A stretch of DNA of 58,146 nucleotides, counting the filler, from Sphacelaria rigidula (Eukaryota), in the NCBI GenBank assembly GCA_964200075.2. It is 9 parts of 9 records of this genome, joined end to end, with 100 filler letters (N's around TTAATTAATTAA, not from the genome) between each part and the next. Parts side by side here need not be neighbours in the genome. Positions count along the whole stretch, not along the records: positions 1 to 6,373 come from CAXNAA020020469.1; positions 6,474 to 12,845 come from CAXNAA020020470.1; 7 more parts are not named here. One strand, given 5' to 3'. The position numbers and the translations under genes were made by a program. Below, piece by piece: positions 1-12,945 of the stretch (positions are counted from its first letter, which is position 1; every line of letters begins with the position of its first letter). The notes beneath the pieces were generated by a model that saw only the letters and a list, made by a program, of their open reading frames with translations, ran no database searches and was not told the DNA's origin.

Positions 1-1038
1 TCAATCGTATCATCTACTCTCAATCTCACGAAAACACTGTTGGTGATGAATGACTTATTTTGTTGTTCTCATGCCCCTCGATCGTGTAGATACGTTTTCG
101 GTCAATTTCATCGAGTTTGAGCTCACCGCGCTGAGCGGAACAGTCGTTCTTCCTCGTTTTTTTGTTGGAGGGGGAGGGGGGGGAAGATGTTATCAGGGAA
201 ACTGGGGGTTTCGCTCAGCGCTGTAAGCTCAAAGTCGGTAAAATTCGCCGGAAGAGTATCTACGCGATCGACGGGCATGAGTCGACAAGGAAGTCATTGG
301 TAACCGTCACTGTCTACGTGGGGAAAACACGCATTTGGACTCGAGTCATTTTATAGGATACCCCGTTGACTCTGTATGGTCACAGCACTCAACTGAATTT
401 CTGTCGCTGCTGAACGCTTCCGCTCCGAATAGAGGCCACAATATCGCACCCCGTCCGATCTGCGCGAGGGGGTCTACACAGTCGATAAAAAAAGCCGCTA
501 CCGTAGACAAGCACGCAGGATCAAGAATGGACATCAAGCCAGTGTAGCTGTGCCTTCCAGGTTAGACAGAGAGAGCGAAATGTATCTCACTTGCATCATT
601 GAAAGCATGAGGAGCTGAACAAATAAAGGACAAGTCTGTACAGCTGAGTTTTGTTGGGACGACAGTCAATCGGTGCGGGAGTGACCGTCATGGTTCACTC
701 CATGATACCGAAACAGATGGGTGTATACCGGGGGGGGGAAGACGAGTCGATTACGGGCCTGATTGATACCTCTCATCTATGGAGGTTACGGGAGCGAAGC
801 ACCAAACCGCTCTGGCGTGAGAGAAAACAGAGCGAAACATCTTTGGCGATCACACGGTGAAGGAGGCAAAGAAACCCACGCACGTGCATGTACGTACAAT
901 GTGACAGTTCCACCTATGCTTAATAACACCTACAGTGGAGATATTTCGGGTAGTGGTACTCGTCGCAGCTCTTCCACTCCCACGCCGATAAACACAAATC
1001 ACTTCCTCCGACCGAGCTATCCAACCCCCCTAGGGGAA

Positions 1039-1092
1039 GGGAGGAGGCAACATATTCCCGACATTGGGAGGAGGCAACATATTCCCGACATT
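1039..1092. repeat. Perfect 27-bp tandem duplication
   Basis: gggaggaggcaacatattcccgacatt x2. Confidence 0.9.
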
Positions 1093-2503
1093 CGCAGATA
1101 AACTTCCAACGGCACAAATAAATGAAACACACATCCGCACACGGACACAACTACTGCGTACGGTACCCGAGACCGTCACACTGCGTCAACAACCAACGAC
1201 TACTGATGGTTATCAGGACACGCCCCTGAAAATATCTCGCAGACCCACCGTACAACACACCGAGTGAGTGACCTACAATGAACCTACAGCGGGCTGCGGC
1301 GAGGCACATAAAACTATTCGCTTCACGCACAATAAAACTCAAAACCTTAAATTTGTGGAGATACAAATGTGCCAGAACGGCAGGATACCTGAACCGAAAA
1401 GTAATCCTCAAGTATCCGTGCGAACTAGGTATCTTCCAGTGTCAACAGAATCATAGAAAAAAACTAAGAGGCCCATGATACTGTCCCCCCTCCCCCTTGC
1501 ACTCTTCTTTTATGCCCATAATATAAATCATGACAACGAGGGAAATCGAAAATTCTCGCCGTGTTCGTGAAACAAGAAATATACACCGACAATACAAACC
1601 ATCATGTGCGCAAGTAAGCGGCTGCGTCGACGCAAAAATTGGTTACTGCAACAAATAACCGGGGTCATCCGAGACAGCAGAGCCCGACAGGGCGTTATCT
1701 CGCGCGGTGCCTCTATACCTGTCTGTCGCACGTTTGTTCACGCCGCGAATACATATTTGATCACCCCTACAGGCTGTTCATACCAAGTGTTTTTTGCTTC
1801 GATTGCATCCCAAATATCCAATTCGACAGAACGGGCGACTCGCACCATACAGCTTCATAACGCCGCACACGCATGCAACCGTCGATGCAAGGAAGATTGG
1901 CTCCCACCCTTGATACAATGTTATTATGAACAACTACTGCAACAATCCGCAGAAAAAAAAATCGAATACAAAAAATCCAAGGGGACATATAAATACGCTC
2001 TTGCATACATGCACCGATGAGGTACGTACTCTTTGCCTTGCGGCATCTCATGATCAGAAACTGCAGATATCCTCCCTGTCACACGAGCTTGATGTCAAGT
2101 CACCCCACGCTCAGAGGCAGGCATAGAGGAGGAAGGGCGGTGTTGCGCGGTCGACAAAGCTATCAACCCACGCCCAGCTATAGAACGCAGCCAGTACAAC
2201 ACAAGTACACAAGTAAATATGGGGTCGCAGCACGGACACAGAAACCAGGACAAGGAAACCTCAAGAGGTTACATGAGTGGCGGGCAGGCCACCGGCTTCC
2301 TCAACCCCACCAATCACCACATCACATCACAAATCATCACACACCATCACACACACAAGCATCACACATCACCTTGGAGAGTGTGTATTTGCTCACCATT
2401 TTTCCGCCCGACAGAGAAAAATAACCCCTCCAAAATCTTCCATCCGACAATCTCCCCCCACCACTGGACTCAGGGGGAACTTTCCAAGTCTTCAATCATT
2501 TCA

Positions 2504-2962
2504 TCAGTTGGCCCGTCCCCGCTGCTGCCTCGCCTGCTCCTCCTCCATCATCCTAAACTTTTTGTATCTAGGGTATCTGGGCCCTCCCTTTCTGAACATC
2601 ATACTCTGGTGGCCGACGCCACCATCACTTGCCCGGGCTTCCGCCTTCAAGCCCCCCGGCTGGTTCTTCTTGACCGCCACCTTTTCCATCTTCGCGCTCC
2701 CGCTTTTCTTCTCCGTCACCCGGTACAGCGCCCCGGAGCCTGACGTAGCTGATGCTGCATGAGTTTCGGCAGAGACTTTGGCGTATGTCCAGGGTCCCCA
2801 GGCGTCGTCCAGATCGTAGCCGTCGTCGGCGCAGTGCGTCCACTTGAAATTGTCGTAGATGTACGAGAGCTTGTCCTGTCGGGGATCGAAGGCCTGCAGC
2901 ACCTCGCGGTTGTTGAGCTTGTTGCCACCGTCGTCACCGTTATCTCTGATTCCAGTCCGGAC
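2504..2962 (-). CDS. Tyrosinase-like protein, terminal exon
   Basis: gcag|GTC..., 459 bp to TGA; VRTGIRDN...LNNREVLQAFDPRQDKLSYIYDNFKWTHC then a low-complexity basic tail; in frame with ORF 2504..2902. Confidence 0.85.
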   Translation of the reverse strand, partial: VRTGIRDNGDDGGNKLNNREVLQAFDPRQDKLSYIYDNFKWTHCADDGYDLDDAWGPWTYAKVSAETHAASATSGSGALYRVTEKKSGSAKMEKVAVKKNQPGGLKAEARASDGGVGHQSMMFRKGGPRYPRYKKFRMMEEEQARQQRGRAN

Positions 2963-3787
2963 CTGCAGTCGTCATCGAATTAGGTTTGGGTGGGGGGGAA
3001 GCTCTCAGGAGTCAAGATAGCCTTGAGGGCGACCGACACAAAACAAGGGTATGTAAAATGAAGGAATACAGTATACTATTTATTCAAGACAAACATGTTA
3101 TTTATTTATTTTTTTCCGTGCCCGTCAATGACATGTCACATACTACTGTTGTCAGTGAAATTGATGCTTTGTTTCAACAGTCAGCAGTCAGTGCAACATG
3201 ACATGGGGAAGAAGTGTTGATAGTTGACTCGACTTGAGAGTAGACAAAATATCCCACCACATACACGGCAGTCTCTGCAAGTAGAAGCTGCGAAGCTGAA
3301 ATTTAGTCAATTTTCAGAAAAAGACACATTCACATTGAGAAGTAGTCTAGTGGAGGGAGTGCACGCGCTACCTACCCTTATCGTGAAAGCTTAAAAATTC
3401 TGCTCGATCACGCAGAGCAACGCATCGAGATTTTATATCCTGGCTAGTCGCCTGTCACGCAGACTGTTAACTGATGGTGCTACTCAATGGAAAAAAAAGT
3501 GCCTGCTAACTACGGGACTCGTGGAAACGGCATATACCACAAAGTAAGCAAACCATGCAGCACCATCGCGGGGATCCTCAAAAAGCTGTGAACTCAAGTC
3601 ATGGACGAACCGATCCCAACTGAACCTACTGATACCCTGCACATACACAGCTCACGACTGCAAATCCCCACAGAATCGTTTTTTTTCTTTGATCCGGGAG
3701 ATTTTTTATTTCCACGACTGAAGAAAACAAAAAACCGATCACCGTCGTTGTGATCTGGGATTTTCTGAGTTCGAACGGTAACCCCAC

Positions 3788-4033
3788 CTTGAAGTCATTC
3801 GTGTCATTCTCCAGAAGTCCGAAGGGGAACACGTCGAAACCCCTATGTCCCATGCAAGTCTCCCCGTAGGCGCTGATGAGCTCCTCGTAAACTTCGTTGT
3901 CCTGCGTGGCCATGACCATGTTGGCGTCTGCCCAGTGCATGTCCTGCACGTTTCCCGTCAGCAGCGAGTACATGAAAAGCCGCTCCATGGTGGGGTGCGT
4001 TGACCAGAAGCTGGGATCCAGTGAGGAGCTTGC
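3788..4033 (-). CDS. Tyrosinase-like protein, exon with CuB-type motif
   Basis: tcag|GCA...AAG|gtgggg, 246 bp; ASSSLDPSFWSTHPTMERLF resembles the tyrosinase CuB DPxF(W)xxH motif; continues CMGHRGFDVFPF. Confidence 0.85.
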
Positions 4034-4696
4034 CTGAGGGATTGAATTACCGAGCCGATGGCGGCGGGAGATGTCTCAAGTCAAATCGGACTGGGGCCGT
4101 GAACAGAAGGGAGCGAGGGCCGGGGGGTGGAGAGGGGAAAAGGGCTCCTTGCACAAGCCCCATGTGTAACTTCATCATGTTCGGGCGACGGACGGGCATT
4201 GGGGTCGACCTCAACACCGACGTTCCCTCCACCGAACTCATCCCAAGAAACCGCAGCGAGCTACTGCCAGGTAAAACATCAGAGACATCCCTGTTATCGG
4301 GGTATTGTAATTCGCGTGCTCCGACAGGTTCGAACACCCTCAAGGGTTTTCATACAACGAGAAAAAAATGAATATACCGACAATATCCTAGGTTGACTAC
4401 TGGGCGAAACCGCAAAAAAATGGGGAGGGGGATGGTTGTGCTAAGGAGGTTGCTGCGGCCGTGTGTTTATATCACCCTCGTGGCTGTGCTCTCTCTGCGC
4501 CATGAAGCTAACACTATGAACGGTTCTGCGATGGGAGAGGACCTGTCCCCCCCCCCCCCACCAAGATTCGAAGTGAGTGGGCGGGTGGGGGGTGGCGGCC
4601 GCAACACTGACTTTGTCGTTGTTGAGGGCAATGGAGGAAAATGTTGGTGCTATTTCACGAAATATGACCCCTGCAGGAAGACTGCTCGTCACAGGA

Positions 4697-4766
4697 ACGG
4701 TGGCTCAGTTGATGACTTCGGAACCACTCGACGGTTGGGTTGTGCGTTTGAATCTCGGGGCGATCT
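4697..4766 (+). mobile_element. Degenerate SINE family 1 head in an intron
   Basis: cggtggctcagttga...gtttgaatctcgg. Confidence 0.5.
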
Positions 4767-4895
4767 GCGAACAAGCGATTTTCATGGCGCACGTTTCTTC
4801 CCACGATATATGGATATGGTTCCCCCCGAGGGCTTCAAAAGTACGGCCAAGACATTTGTGCTCATGATTCAACCATCACACGACAATGCATGTAC

Positions 4896-5078
4896 CTGAA
4901 GGTGGTCTCCGTCGTTCATCAAGCCGCTGCAGAGGTACCCGACGACCTTCCGCTGTACATCTTCGGGTTGGTCGTCGATCTGGTTGCCGAGGAACGCCAT
5001 GGTGTTTTTCACCGCCACGTAGTCATCGCCTTGGCTGAAGTCGTATCCTAGGCATCCGCACTCCCCCGAGTTCAACAC
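4896..5078 (-). CDS. Tyrosinase-like protein, internal exon
   Basis: ccag|GTG...CAG|gtacat, 183 bp, phase 0; VLNSGECGCLGYDF...LCSGLMNDGDHLQ. Confidence 0.85.
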
Positions 5079-5787
5079 CTGGTTTCATTTTTTTAGTTGA
5101 AAGGATGTAAATACAGATGTACCTGTGTACGAAGTAACACATCTTGCTCGAGAAATCGAGAAGGCGAAAAAGAACTACCTACAACAGTCATACCCCCGCA
5201 TTTATGCGTTTCATGCAGTCACTTTTTTCATGTCAAAATGTAGGCTCTCGAAGAATGCAAGTTTTTCTCCTGGAGGGAGGAACGATGCCGTTATCACAAT
5301 CTTCACGCGCCATGGGACATAGCGATGCCATCGAAGGATTCCGAGTTCGCCCAAACATCGCCCAAGATATTTATGGAGCATCAACCGCCCGGCGAGAATG
5401 CAAACCCGTTGGCACTTGAGCACACCGTTGTCAACGAACAGTGACACCAACCCCATACAACGTACTTTTCGTCATCAGACAAAAAAGTGGCCATGAGTGA
5501 GGCTACGATAAGGGGGGGGGATTCCACGAAAAGCAGGGGCTCGCAGACGTGTCAGACCACCCAACTACCCGCGGTGCGTTTTTAGTTGGGGGTGACATGT
5601 CAGTAACAAGCCCGTTCGGACAACTATTGCTGCTTTCAATGACGATTTCAGGTGGGATTTCGTGCAAGAGGTGGTCTAAATTACCCCTTCCCCCCTTCCC
5701 CCCCCTCTCGTAGCAGCACTCTCATATCATTTGCAAAGTTCCGAGACCATACTCATATCAACACAAGAGACTGATGAAAACACTTAC

Positions 5788-5895
5788 ATCGCCGGGTGAT
5801 ACAGACGTGTCCACGGTTCCCTCGCACTTGAAGATCCCATCTCGGTACAGATTCTTGCGGTGCACGAACGAGAAGTAGGCCAGCTCGGTTGCTCT
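5788..5895 (-). CDS. Tyrosinase-like (type-3 copper) protein, first visible exon; upstream exons not found on this scaffold
   Basis: ccag|AGA...GAT|gtaagt, 108 bp; RATELAYFSFVHRKNLYRDGIFKCEGTVDTSVSPGD; joins in frame to 4896-5078. Confidence 0.75.
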
Positions 5896-6327
5896 CTGGC
5901 ACACAAACACACACACACACACACACGACAAAATGGGTTCAGCCGCGATGGTTTCAGGGAAGGTCCGCGACGGAAGGGATTCCAGATTTTTTTTCACGCC
6001 TGGAAAATGACGAACTGTTTTGCGGAGATGAAGAATAATCTTTTGACCGCGTAGGTTGATGATGTTCACTGTTTTCGGCTGAAATCACCTCCATTTGAAA
6101 AATGAGCACCAAACCTACATGTCTCAGTCTGGCGAATAATCAAAGCGTGCATCAACTCTTTGATTCTTCCGTAGACATGTGCCTCGCAAAAGCCCTTGCT
6201 GAACCGACATGATTTCCGATTCGGCGGATGGGCGTGCCCCGCAGAGTGTGGTCTGAGAGTTATAATCAAGACCGCCCTCATTCATGTCACTGTAACCCTA
6301 ACACCTGCGACGGTTTAAGAGACAACC

Positions 6328-6373
6328 AACTAGACTACTGACAAGTCAGCGCTGACTGGTCAGTAGTCTAGTT
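6328..6373. repeat. 46-bp near-perfect palindrome at scaffold end
   Basis: aactagactactgac-a-agtcagcgctgact-g-gtcagtagtctagtt; one mismatched pair. Confidence 0.85.
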
Positions 6374-6473
6374 NNNNNNNNNNNNNNNNNNNNNNNNNNN
6401 NNNNNNNNNNNNNNNNNTTAATTAATTAANNNNNNNNNNNNNNNNNNNNNNNNNNNNNNNNNNNNNNNNNNNN
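6374..6473. other. Artificial scaffold linker N44-TTAATTAATTAA-N44
   Basis: 100 bp; the 12-mer gives stops in all six frames; identical linker recurs eight times. Confidence 0.97.
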
Positions 6474-6549
6474 CTTATGACTATGGCATGCATGATCATG
6501 AGTACCCCGCCCTCCCCTATCATGGCATCACTCGTATCAAGATCGTTTC

Positions 6550-6795
6550 TTGAGGATTCAACCCGATTCGGGGCACGGCAACACGCTTCCCTTCGAGCCA
6601 AAGCTCCAACACCGCACAATGCCCATCTCTTCAAGACAATATCGGGAAAATTCAGTCCTTACCAAAGACGTGAACGCTATACTGGATGCATGCTTAGGAG
6701 CCGGCTTGATACGACACTCCCCCCTTGGGCATTGCCCTTCGCTGTCAGTGGTCGTCCCTAAGGGAGATGGCAGCAAACGAATCACGGTGAAACCT
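6550..6795 (+). mobile_element. Decayed Ty3/gypsy pol fragment (N-terminal reverse transcriptase)
   Basis: LPFEPKL..PISSRQYRENSVLTKDVNAILDACLGAGLIRHS....SVVVPKGDGSKRITV resembles the gypsy RT start (PYR..GII.PS.SP..SP..VVPK.DG..R); truncated. Confidence 0.75.
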
Positions 6796-8552
6796 GCAGC
6801 CAAATGATACCAAGCCGTAGGTTTCAGTATAATCGCATGCATGATTGGAGCAGTCGCAGGGGACAGGGGAACCTGGATTGATGACCCTCATCTGTGTAGC
6901 CCCTTGCTGGCTGGCTCTTGATGTGATCTGTTGAGGATCACTCCGTGATAATAGCAAGTGAGAAGAAAGGACTCGTCGAGCACGACGCCAGTGCTACTGG
7001 AGGAATCCCTCGTGGATAGTCCTCTTGTCCAGATAGTCTGGCAGAGGCTATAATAAATAGATATTATTCTTCCGGCACTCTGTCAGAGGAGTTTGGCTGA
7101 GGACAAGTGGGCTGCAGTTTAGAGCCAGTTTAGCCCACAGACAGGAGAAAACCAACTTGAAGCGCAAGGCAGAGGGGGACGCTCCGTGAGCTGGAGGACG
7201 CACAAGTCAGGCAACAGTCTTTCCGTGAAGTGTCAACGGCTATATCGCGTCACCGTTGTCGAGAATCTCCCGAGCTCTCGTAACAGTGGAGTCTTCGATT
7301 CAAGGTTCGTCTTTCGACCTGATGGGTGGTACCATGATCACGACGACAGTAAGCGGTGAACAATGGAGATACGTATCAGCCCAACCCATCTCGCCAACAC
7401 GCAGAATGACTCAGACGGCGAGGAGTCCATGAATTCCTCTACCGTGGAAGCACGGCCGAACGAGACAGCTAGAAAGAGCGCATCGTCTAGCCCGGGATCG
7501 TCGGCGTCCTCGTCTAACAGTGCATCAATTAGCGGCTTGCCAGCATCATCGGACTCTCCCTCTGCGTTGCCATCCAACAGCAGCTAGCGGCTCGTCAGGT
7601 TCAAGCGCGGGCAGCGACGTTATTCCGATACTGCGACGACCCCTTCTCCGTCTCCGGATGTCACGTCGCCCTCTTAGAGCAGTTTTGAAGATGGGGCGGA
7701 ACAGAACGTAAATAAACTTTCTTCCGGCTCTGGGTTGCACTCAAGACCTATATCGAAACAAACGCCCGTCGGTAGCGTGGACAGAACAACAGCTGGTTGG
7801 AGGAAAAAGGGACGTAAATCAGGGAGGCGTCGTCCAACCATGCGAAACATCGCGCGGGCGAGTCGGAAAAGGGAGACGTGAGTAATGGAGCTTCCGAGCT
7901 TTTCGGACTCAGCCCCCCTCCAACATCGAACAAGGAAAAGAAAAACAATAGCCACAGTGCGTCGAGAGGAGGTATCAGCAGATAATAAGTTGTTGGTCGT
8001 TTTCCCCAGGGATGCTGTCTGTCGCTGGGTCTGGTTGAACGTCACCATCAACGGATGATGAGGCAAGCTTGGGTGACAGCAGCACCATACGCACAGACAC
8101 GAGAAAGAAATTAAAAGAATAGGGGTACATAGTGAGTGCAATATCACATATTGCAGAGAAGCGTAGTCCGCATTATTGGCCGACAAACAGACCAAGGACG
8201 AACGGAAGAGCGCTGATGAAGGATGATGATCTCCAGAAATAGATGAGAAGTGAGGTCAAGTATGCCCGGAAATAGGAGACGGCAGCACACCGCCGTCTTG
8301 CACTTTTCTGTGGTAGAACAGTCTCTCTTGTCTCGCCCAGTACGGCCTAGACCCTGCGTCACGCACACACACGCACACATAAATGAACGCACAGGTTTCC
8401 AATCTACCTCCGACGAAAGAAGCACCGCCTATCCACGTCATCTACTTCCCGAATTCTCCACTCTTGTCTAGTGAACAGCGCATTCACACGATTTGCATTA
8501 CTGGTGAAGGGCAATCATCACTTCATACGCGTAGGTCTGGACGCTTGCCTTC

Positions 8553-9202
8553 TCCTCGCCTCGGACCGCGTTCGTGAAACGCTGTGTGCCGCTCACGGAG
8601 CGCGCGAAACGGCGCCCACAGGCTGACGGCATCGAATCGAATCGATGCACACACCACGCGTCACACCTCGCAGCTTGAACGCAGTGTGTCGTGTGTGTCT
8701 CCACACACAGTGTACGGTGAGGAAAACCTGGACACATCGAATCGAATCGATGCACCCATAGCGCTCCGATCGAACATCTACCAATTCTCTCGAATCCTCG
8801 AAGCTCTCAAAACGCACGAACACGCTCAGACACGGCACTCCCAAGATCAACTCGCACATGCATTTCTGGGCGCTCGTCTTTTCCTCGCCTCGGACCGCGT
8901 TCGTGAAACGCTGTGTGCCGCTCACGGAGCGCGCGAAACGGCGCCCACAGGCTGACGGCATCGAATCGAATCGATGCACACAGCACGCGTCACACCTCGC
9001 AGCACAAATGCGGTGCGTCGTGTGTGTCTCCACATACAGTGTGCGGCGAGGAAAACCTGGACACATCGAATCGAATCGATGCACCCATAGCGCTCCGATC
9101 GAACATCTACCAATTCCCTCGAATCCTCGAAGCTCTCAAAACGCACAAACACGCTCAGACACGGCACTCCCAAGATCAACTCGCACATGCATTTTTGGGC
9201 AC
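8553..9202. repeat. 329-bp tandem repeat, two near-identical copies
   Basis: cctcgcctcggaccgcg at 8554 and 8883; each unit carries catcgaatcgaatcgatgcac twice. Confidence 0.92.
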
Positions 9203-10164
9203 TTGACTTCTCGCGTCGGGACGCAACAACAGCCTTTGCGACACACTGCAATGGTCACTCTAAAAACGCGCTGTCACTATACAAGGAACGGTACGCATCG
9301 GAAGGCGTACGGTCGGGCGAAGAACGGAAACGACCATCGCTTACATGCTCCATCGCTGGACGCAGGTTGGAAAACATGCTCTACACCACACGCTATCTCT
9401 ACTCCTTCGTACACACGCACACACGTTTCCTTCGGCCACAAAGGTTGAAAAGGTCGCTATCGAAGATTTCACCTTCCGACAACACAGAACCCACACGACG
9501 CCGCGAAGAGTACGAACACTTGAAAGGACGCCGACGGGCCTGACGGATCTTGAATACATATAATATAAGCTCGACTCAGCGCGCGAAAATGTTTGCATGG
9601 CGCGTTCCGGCACCTGAAGAAAAAACGAAGCAAAGCGAGCAGCGAGCGTGTTCCAGCGCGTACGGCACAGAGGGGCGAGATAAGGGAGGTGAATGAAAGG
9701 GGAAGTACGACGGGTGACGCTTGGTTTGCCGTTTCGCAAGGCTAGCTGGTCGTTAAGGCACGCCGTGCATTGCGCGTTTGGCATATATGACAAATCAATC
9801 AATAATGATGCCATTCGTCTCCCGTTACAACCACAGTGACAGAGTTTCCAGGTGAACTGCACGTCTTGTGTAACGGGTTCGCGGGGTAAGTGTTGGGTGA
9901 GGTCTCGTCCTTCCTTCAAGCAAAAAGAGAAGAAAAAATCGTTTTGCATTACATATCTTGTTTCTCACCCACTCCTCGGGTCATCTGTTTTATAACATGT
10001 TTTCATACTACTGGTCGCGATACACTGTCATGATGTAATGTGACATCCGGAAAGCGCCAAACGTTGTGGAGCGGGAAAACGGTGGGGGACTGACTCAACC
10101 CAGAAGCTATTTTGGCACAGGAAGTTCGTCGGCGTAAGGCAAATTGGATGAGACGGGGATGCTA

Positions 10165-11160
10165 CGAGCTGAGCTGGGCCGGTAAGGACGCGGATTGAAG
10201 CTCTCGAAGCAATATCTTACCGGCAAAGACGAGTTGGGCCGTGATCCGCATATCGCATCAATCACCTGATCAAGAGAAATGTGCCCATCAACTCGAAAGT
10301 CTGGGCCATTTTTCTTTCTTGATTATATCCCATGCCTAGCAATTCCTTTACCGTACGGAGATAGCGTCCATACTAGAGTCAACATGGAACCCCGAACGAT
10401 ATATACAGCAGATGATGGTGATTTTTGGTGTGGACATTCCCTGGAGCACAGGGAAGCGACCGGTATACCTCGAGATATGGCGCACACAAGGTTCAATACT
10501 GAAATCGATATATTACGAGCAGAGGCACTGAATGCACTAAATCTAAATATCGCGTCTCAGTTTGGGAGGGTTGTGCTTTGAAATCTCGTATGGAGAATCG
10601 CTACTGTAGTGCATAATGAAACGAAAAAAACAACAGCTTTTCCCCCCCTCATTTCCTTCTCTTTTTTTTTTCGTCTTGTTAATGGAGTTTGGAGGGAAAA
10701 TGGACAATGCTCTCGGACCTAATCTCAGTTCTTCAGCTCAATTTTTAAAATTGTGATTCGAAAGTCATCATCACGAGGAATCGCAAAGGCATGCCGCAGG
10801 AAAAATAAGTATCGGCCTTCAATTTGATATTTTAATGGGAGAGCTACGGACGTTCTCGTGAAAGTATGGTCTTCACTGTACAAGAACGTCCTGAACAAGC
10901 GAAGAAGAAATAATATCCAACATGTCCTGTTTTTTTGGTTAATTATGGAAATAATAATAACAATAATAATATGGCCTAGCGAGGTCCCACATAAGATTTC
11001 AAAACACAAGCACCAAACCTTGGCCGGTAAATAAATGGCCTGGAAAACACTGTCTCGAACTCCCCCCGTCCCGGTTTCTAAAATGCGCCACCTAGGCTCA
11101 ATTTTGAGAGTTGCACTTTCAAATTTGGTACGGAGAATGAATAGGGCATAGCAAAAATGC
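10165..11160 (-). mobile_element. Partial non-autonomous TIR element, family B
   Basis: TA|cgagct(gagct)gggcc terminus; collinear reverse-complement homology to about 56090-57053. Confidence 0.75.
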
Positions 11161-12788
11161 TTGGGGCGTGACACGTCATCGTTTTCTTTTGAAAGCAAAA
11201 ATACGGGGCAAAAGACACGAAAAACTCACCCTGATAGGTCCACGTTATCCAGATTCCTGTTCCATAGTGCTGTAGTCTCTCGATTTCTTGTCCGAGCATT
11301 TTTTGCGTCCTACCGGAAGGGTCCAAAAGAAGCAGCAAATTCGAAAGGACAAAGCAACCCGAAAATGCACGGCATCAATCAGAAAAGGAAAGGGATACCT
11401 TGGTTCCATGTAGGCGAGGTGCGACCGCTGGATACGCGTGTTCGACTTCAACGCATGCGTGAGCAGCTGCAAATACTCGCGCTAGATGCATTACTCCGCA
11501 GACGTCTAGCCGTGGCCCCAACTCCGTACGAGGTACTTGTTTCGTGGAGCCGATGCGGTATTGAGCGAGCACCAGAAATCTCCGTGAAGGTGTGCTGCGA
11601 TCTGTTTTGAAACACGGCCAGTCTCGACCTACTGGGAGTGTCCAAACAAGCACCCCTGCTTTCAGTTTATGACAAGTTGACACGGATCACCGAGCACATC
11701 ATGTACGAGTACTGGTTTACTGAGAGTTATGGCCTCAGCTATCGGGCATAGAGTAGGGGGGGGCAAGGTGTCTCGTGGTCAACATGTAAACAGGTTTAAA
11801 GTGGGGGGTGTTGGTCGCCGTTGATTGGTAGGCTTCCCCGCACCTTGTTGGTTGTACAAGTAGTGACGTTCCTGAACCCCAACCGGAAAAGATGCAGAGT
11901 AAATGAACGACATAACAGAAGGTGTCTTTGCTTCGCTGTCCAGAATACATCAATTCGCCCCACCCTTGTCAGTGCATCTGTTCACGCACAGCTATACCGC
12001 ACGTCGTTTTGGGTTGGCTGGAGAGCGATGTCGTGCCTCCATACTGTACAATCCAGCAATAACGCTGCAGCCCGGTTAAGTGCTCTTCGAGACCGAACCA
12101 CCCTACATACAGCTGCCCTTCAAGGCAGAACTGTACTGTACTCTTACTGTACTGTACTGCACTCTTGTTGTAGTGCTGTTTGTGAAGAGTAAGATATCAT
12201 CATCTTGTCAGAACGTCTACAGGGCGGTACAGACGCACAGACCGTACGAACACACAACAGTAGTAGTAGTCAATAGTAGCAGAGGGACACACCACTGATG
12301 TGAAGTGGCACCCACCGGGTGGGTATGGATACGACTCCCTCAAGACAAAAGTCGGCGCCGTCAACGGAGAGTACACAACCCCAGCGATCATTCCATCGGC
12401 ATATAGACCGAGTCCACTGACCTCTTGCTGTTGCGAAAGTCGGCTTGTTCGTATAACTTTCATCTACTAACGATCGAACCGCTCATGATACATGTCTGTT
12501 CGACAAGACTACTACAGTATACTGTTGTACAGTACGCGCTTTACAGTTTGTAGTACTCGTAGATGCCATGCCTTCCTTCGATGAAATCGGCCAACTCATA
12601 GCATATGATGTGGAGACGTAAAACCCATGTTACCAACCTGCCCGACGTAAATCTCGTCACGTGTAAATGTATGGTAACACCACTCCTATCCAACATGCTC
12701 ATCGATCTTATGTAAGTCACCACACAAAAGCCGCCTTCTCGTCCGAGTAGGACTGGAAGACAACAGCATCCAATCTACTGTTGTTGTA

Positions 12789-12845
12789 CGAGCTGGGCCA
12801 GCCTAGAGGCTGCATGAAAGTTTGCAGGCGAATACGCCGGCCAAT
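12789..12845 (+). mobile_element. Family B left end, cut by scaffold end
   Basis: TA|cgagctgggccagcc..gtttgcaggc..gccggccaat matches 55860-55916. Confidence 0.75.
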
Positions 12846-12945
12846 NNNNNNNNNNNNNNNNNNNNNNNNNNNNNNNNNNNNNNNNNNNNTTAATTAATTA
12901 ANNNNNNNNNNNNNNNNNNNNNNNNNNNNNNNNNNNNNNNNNNNN
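12846..12945. other. Artificial scaffold linker
   Basis: N44-TTAATTAATTAA-N44. Confidence 0.97.

Noticed and set aside
6418..6429. TTAATTAATTAA as a biological repeat or regulatory site
   Set aside because: Always embedded in N44 runs; it is a six-frame-stop assembly spacer. ORFs containing X that cross it are artefacts.
7200..7990. Ser/Arg-rich frames after the gypsy fragment
   Set aside because: Interrupted, low complexity, and no identifiable domain or splice structure.
8498..9448. Long overlapping ORFs with repeated peptides (MHRFDSM...)
   Set aside because: By-products of the 329-bp tandem repeat; open in several frames with no recognisable motif.
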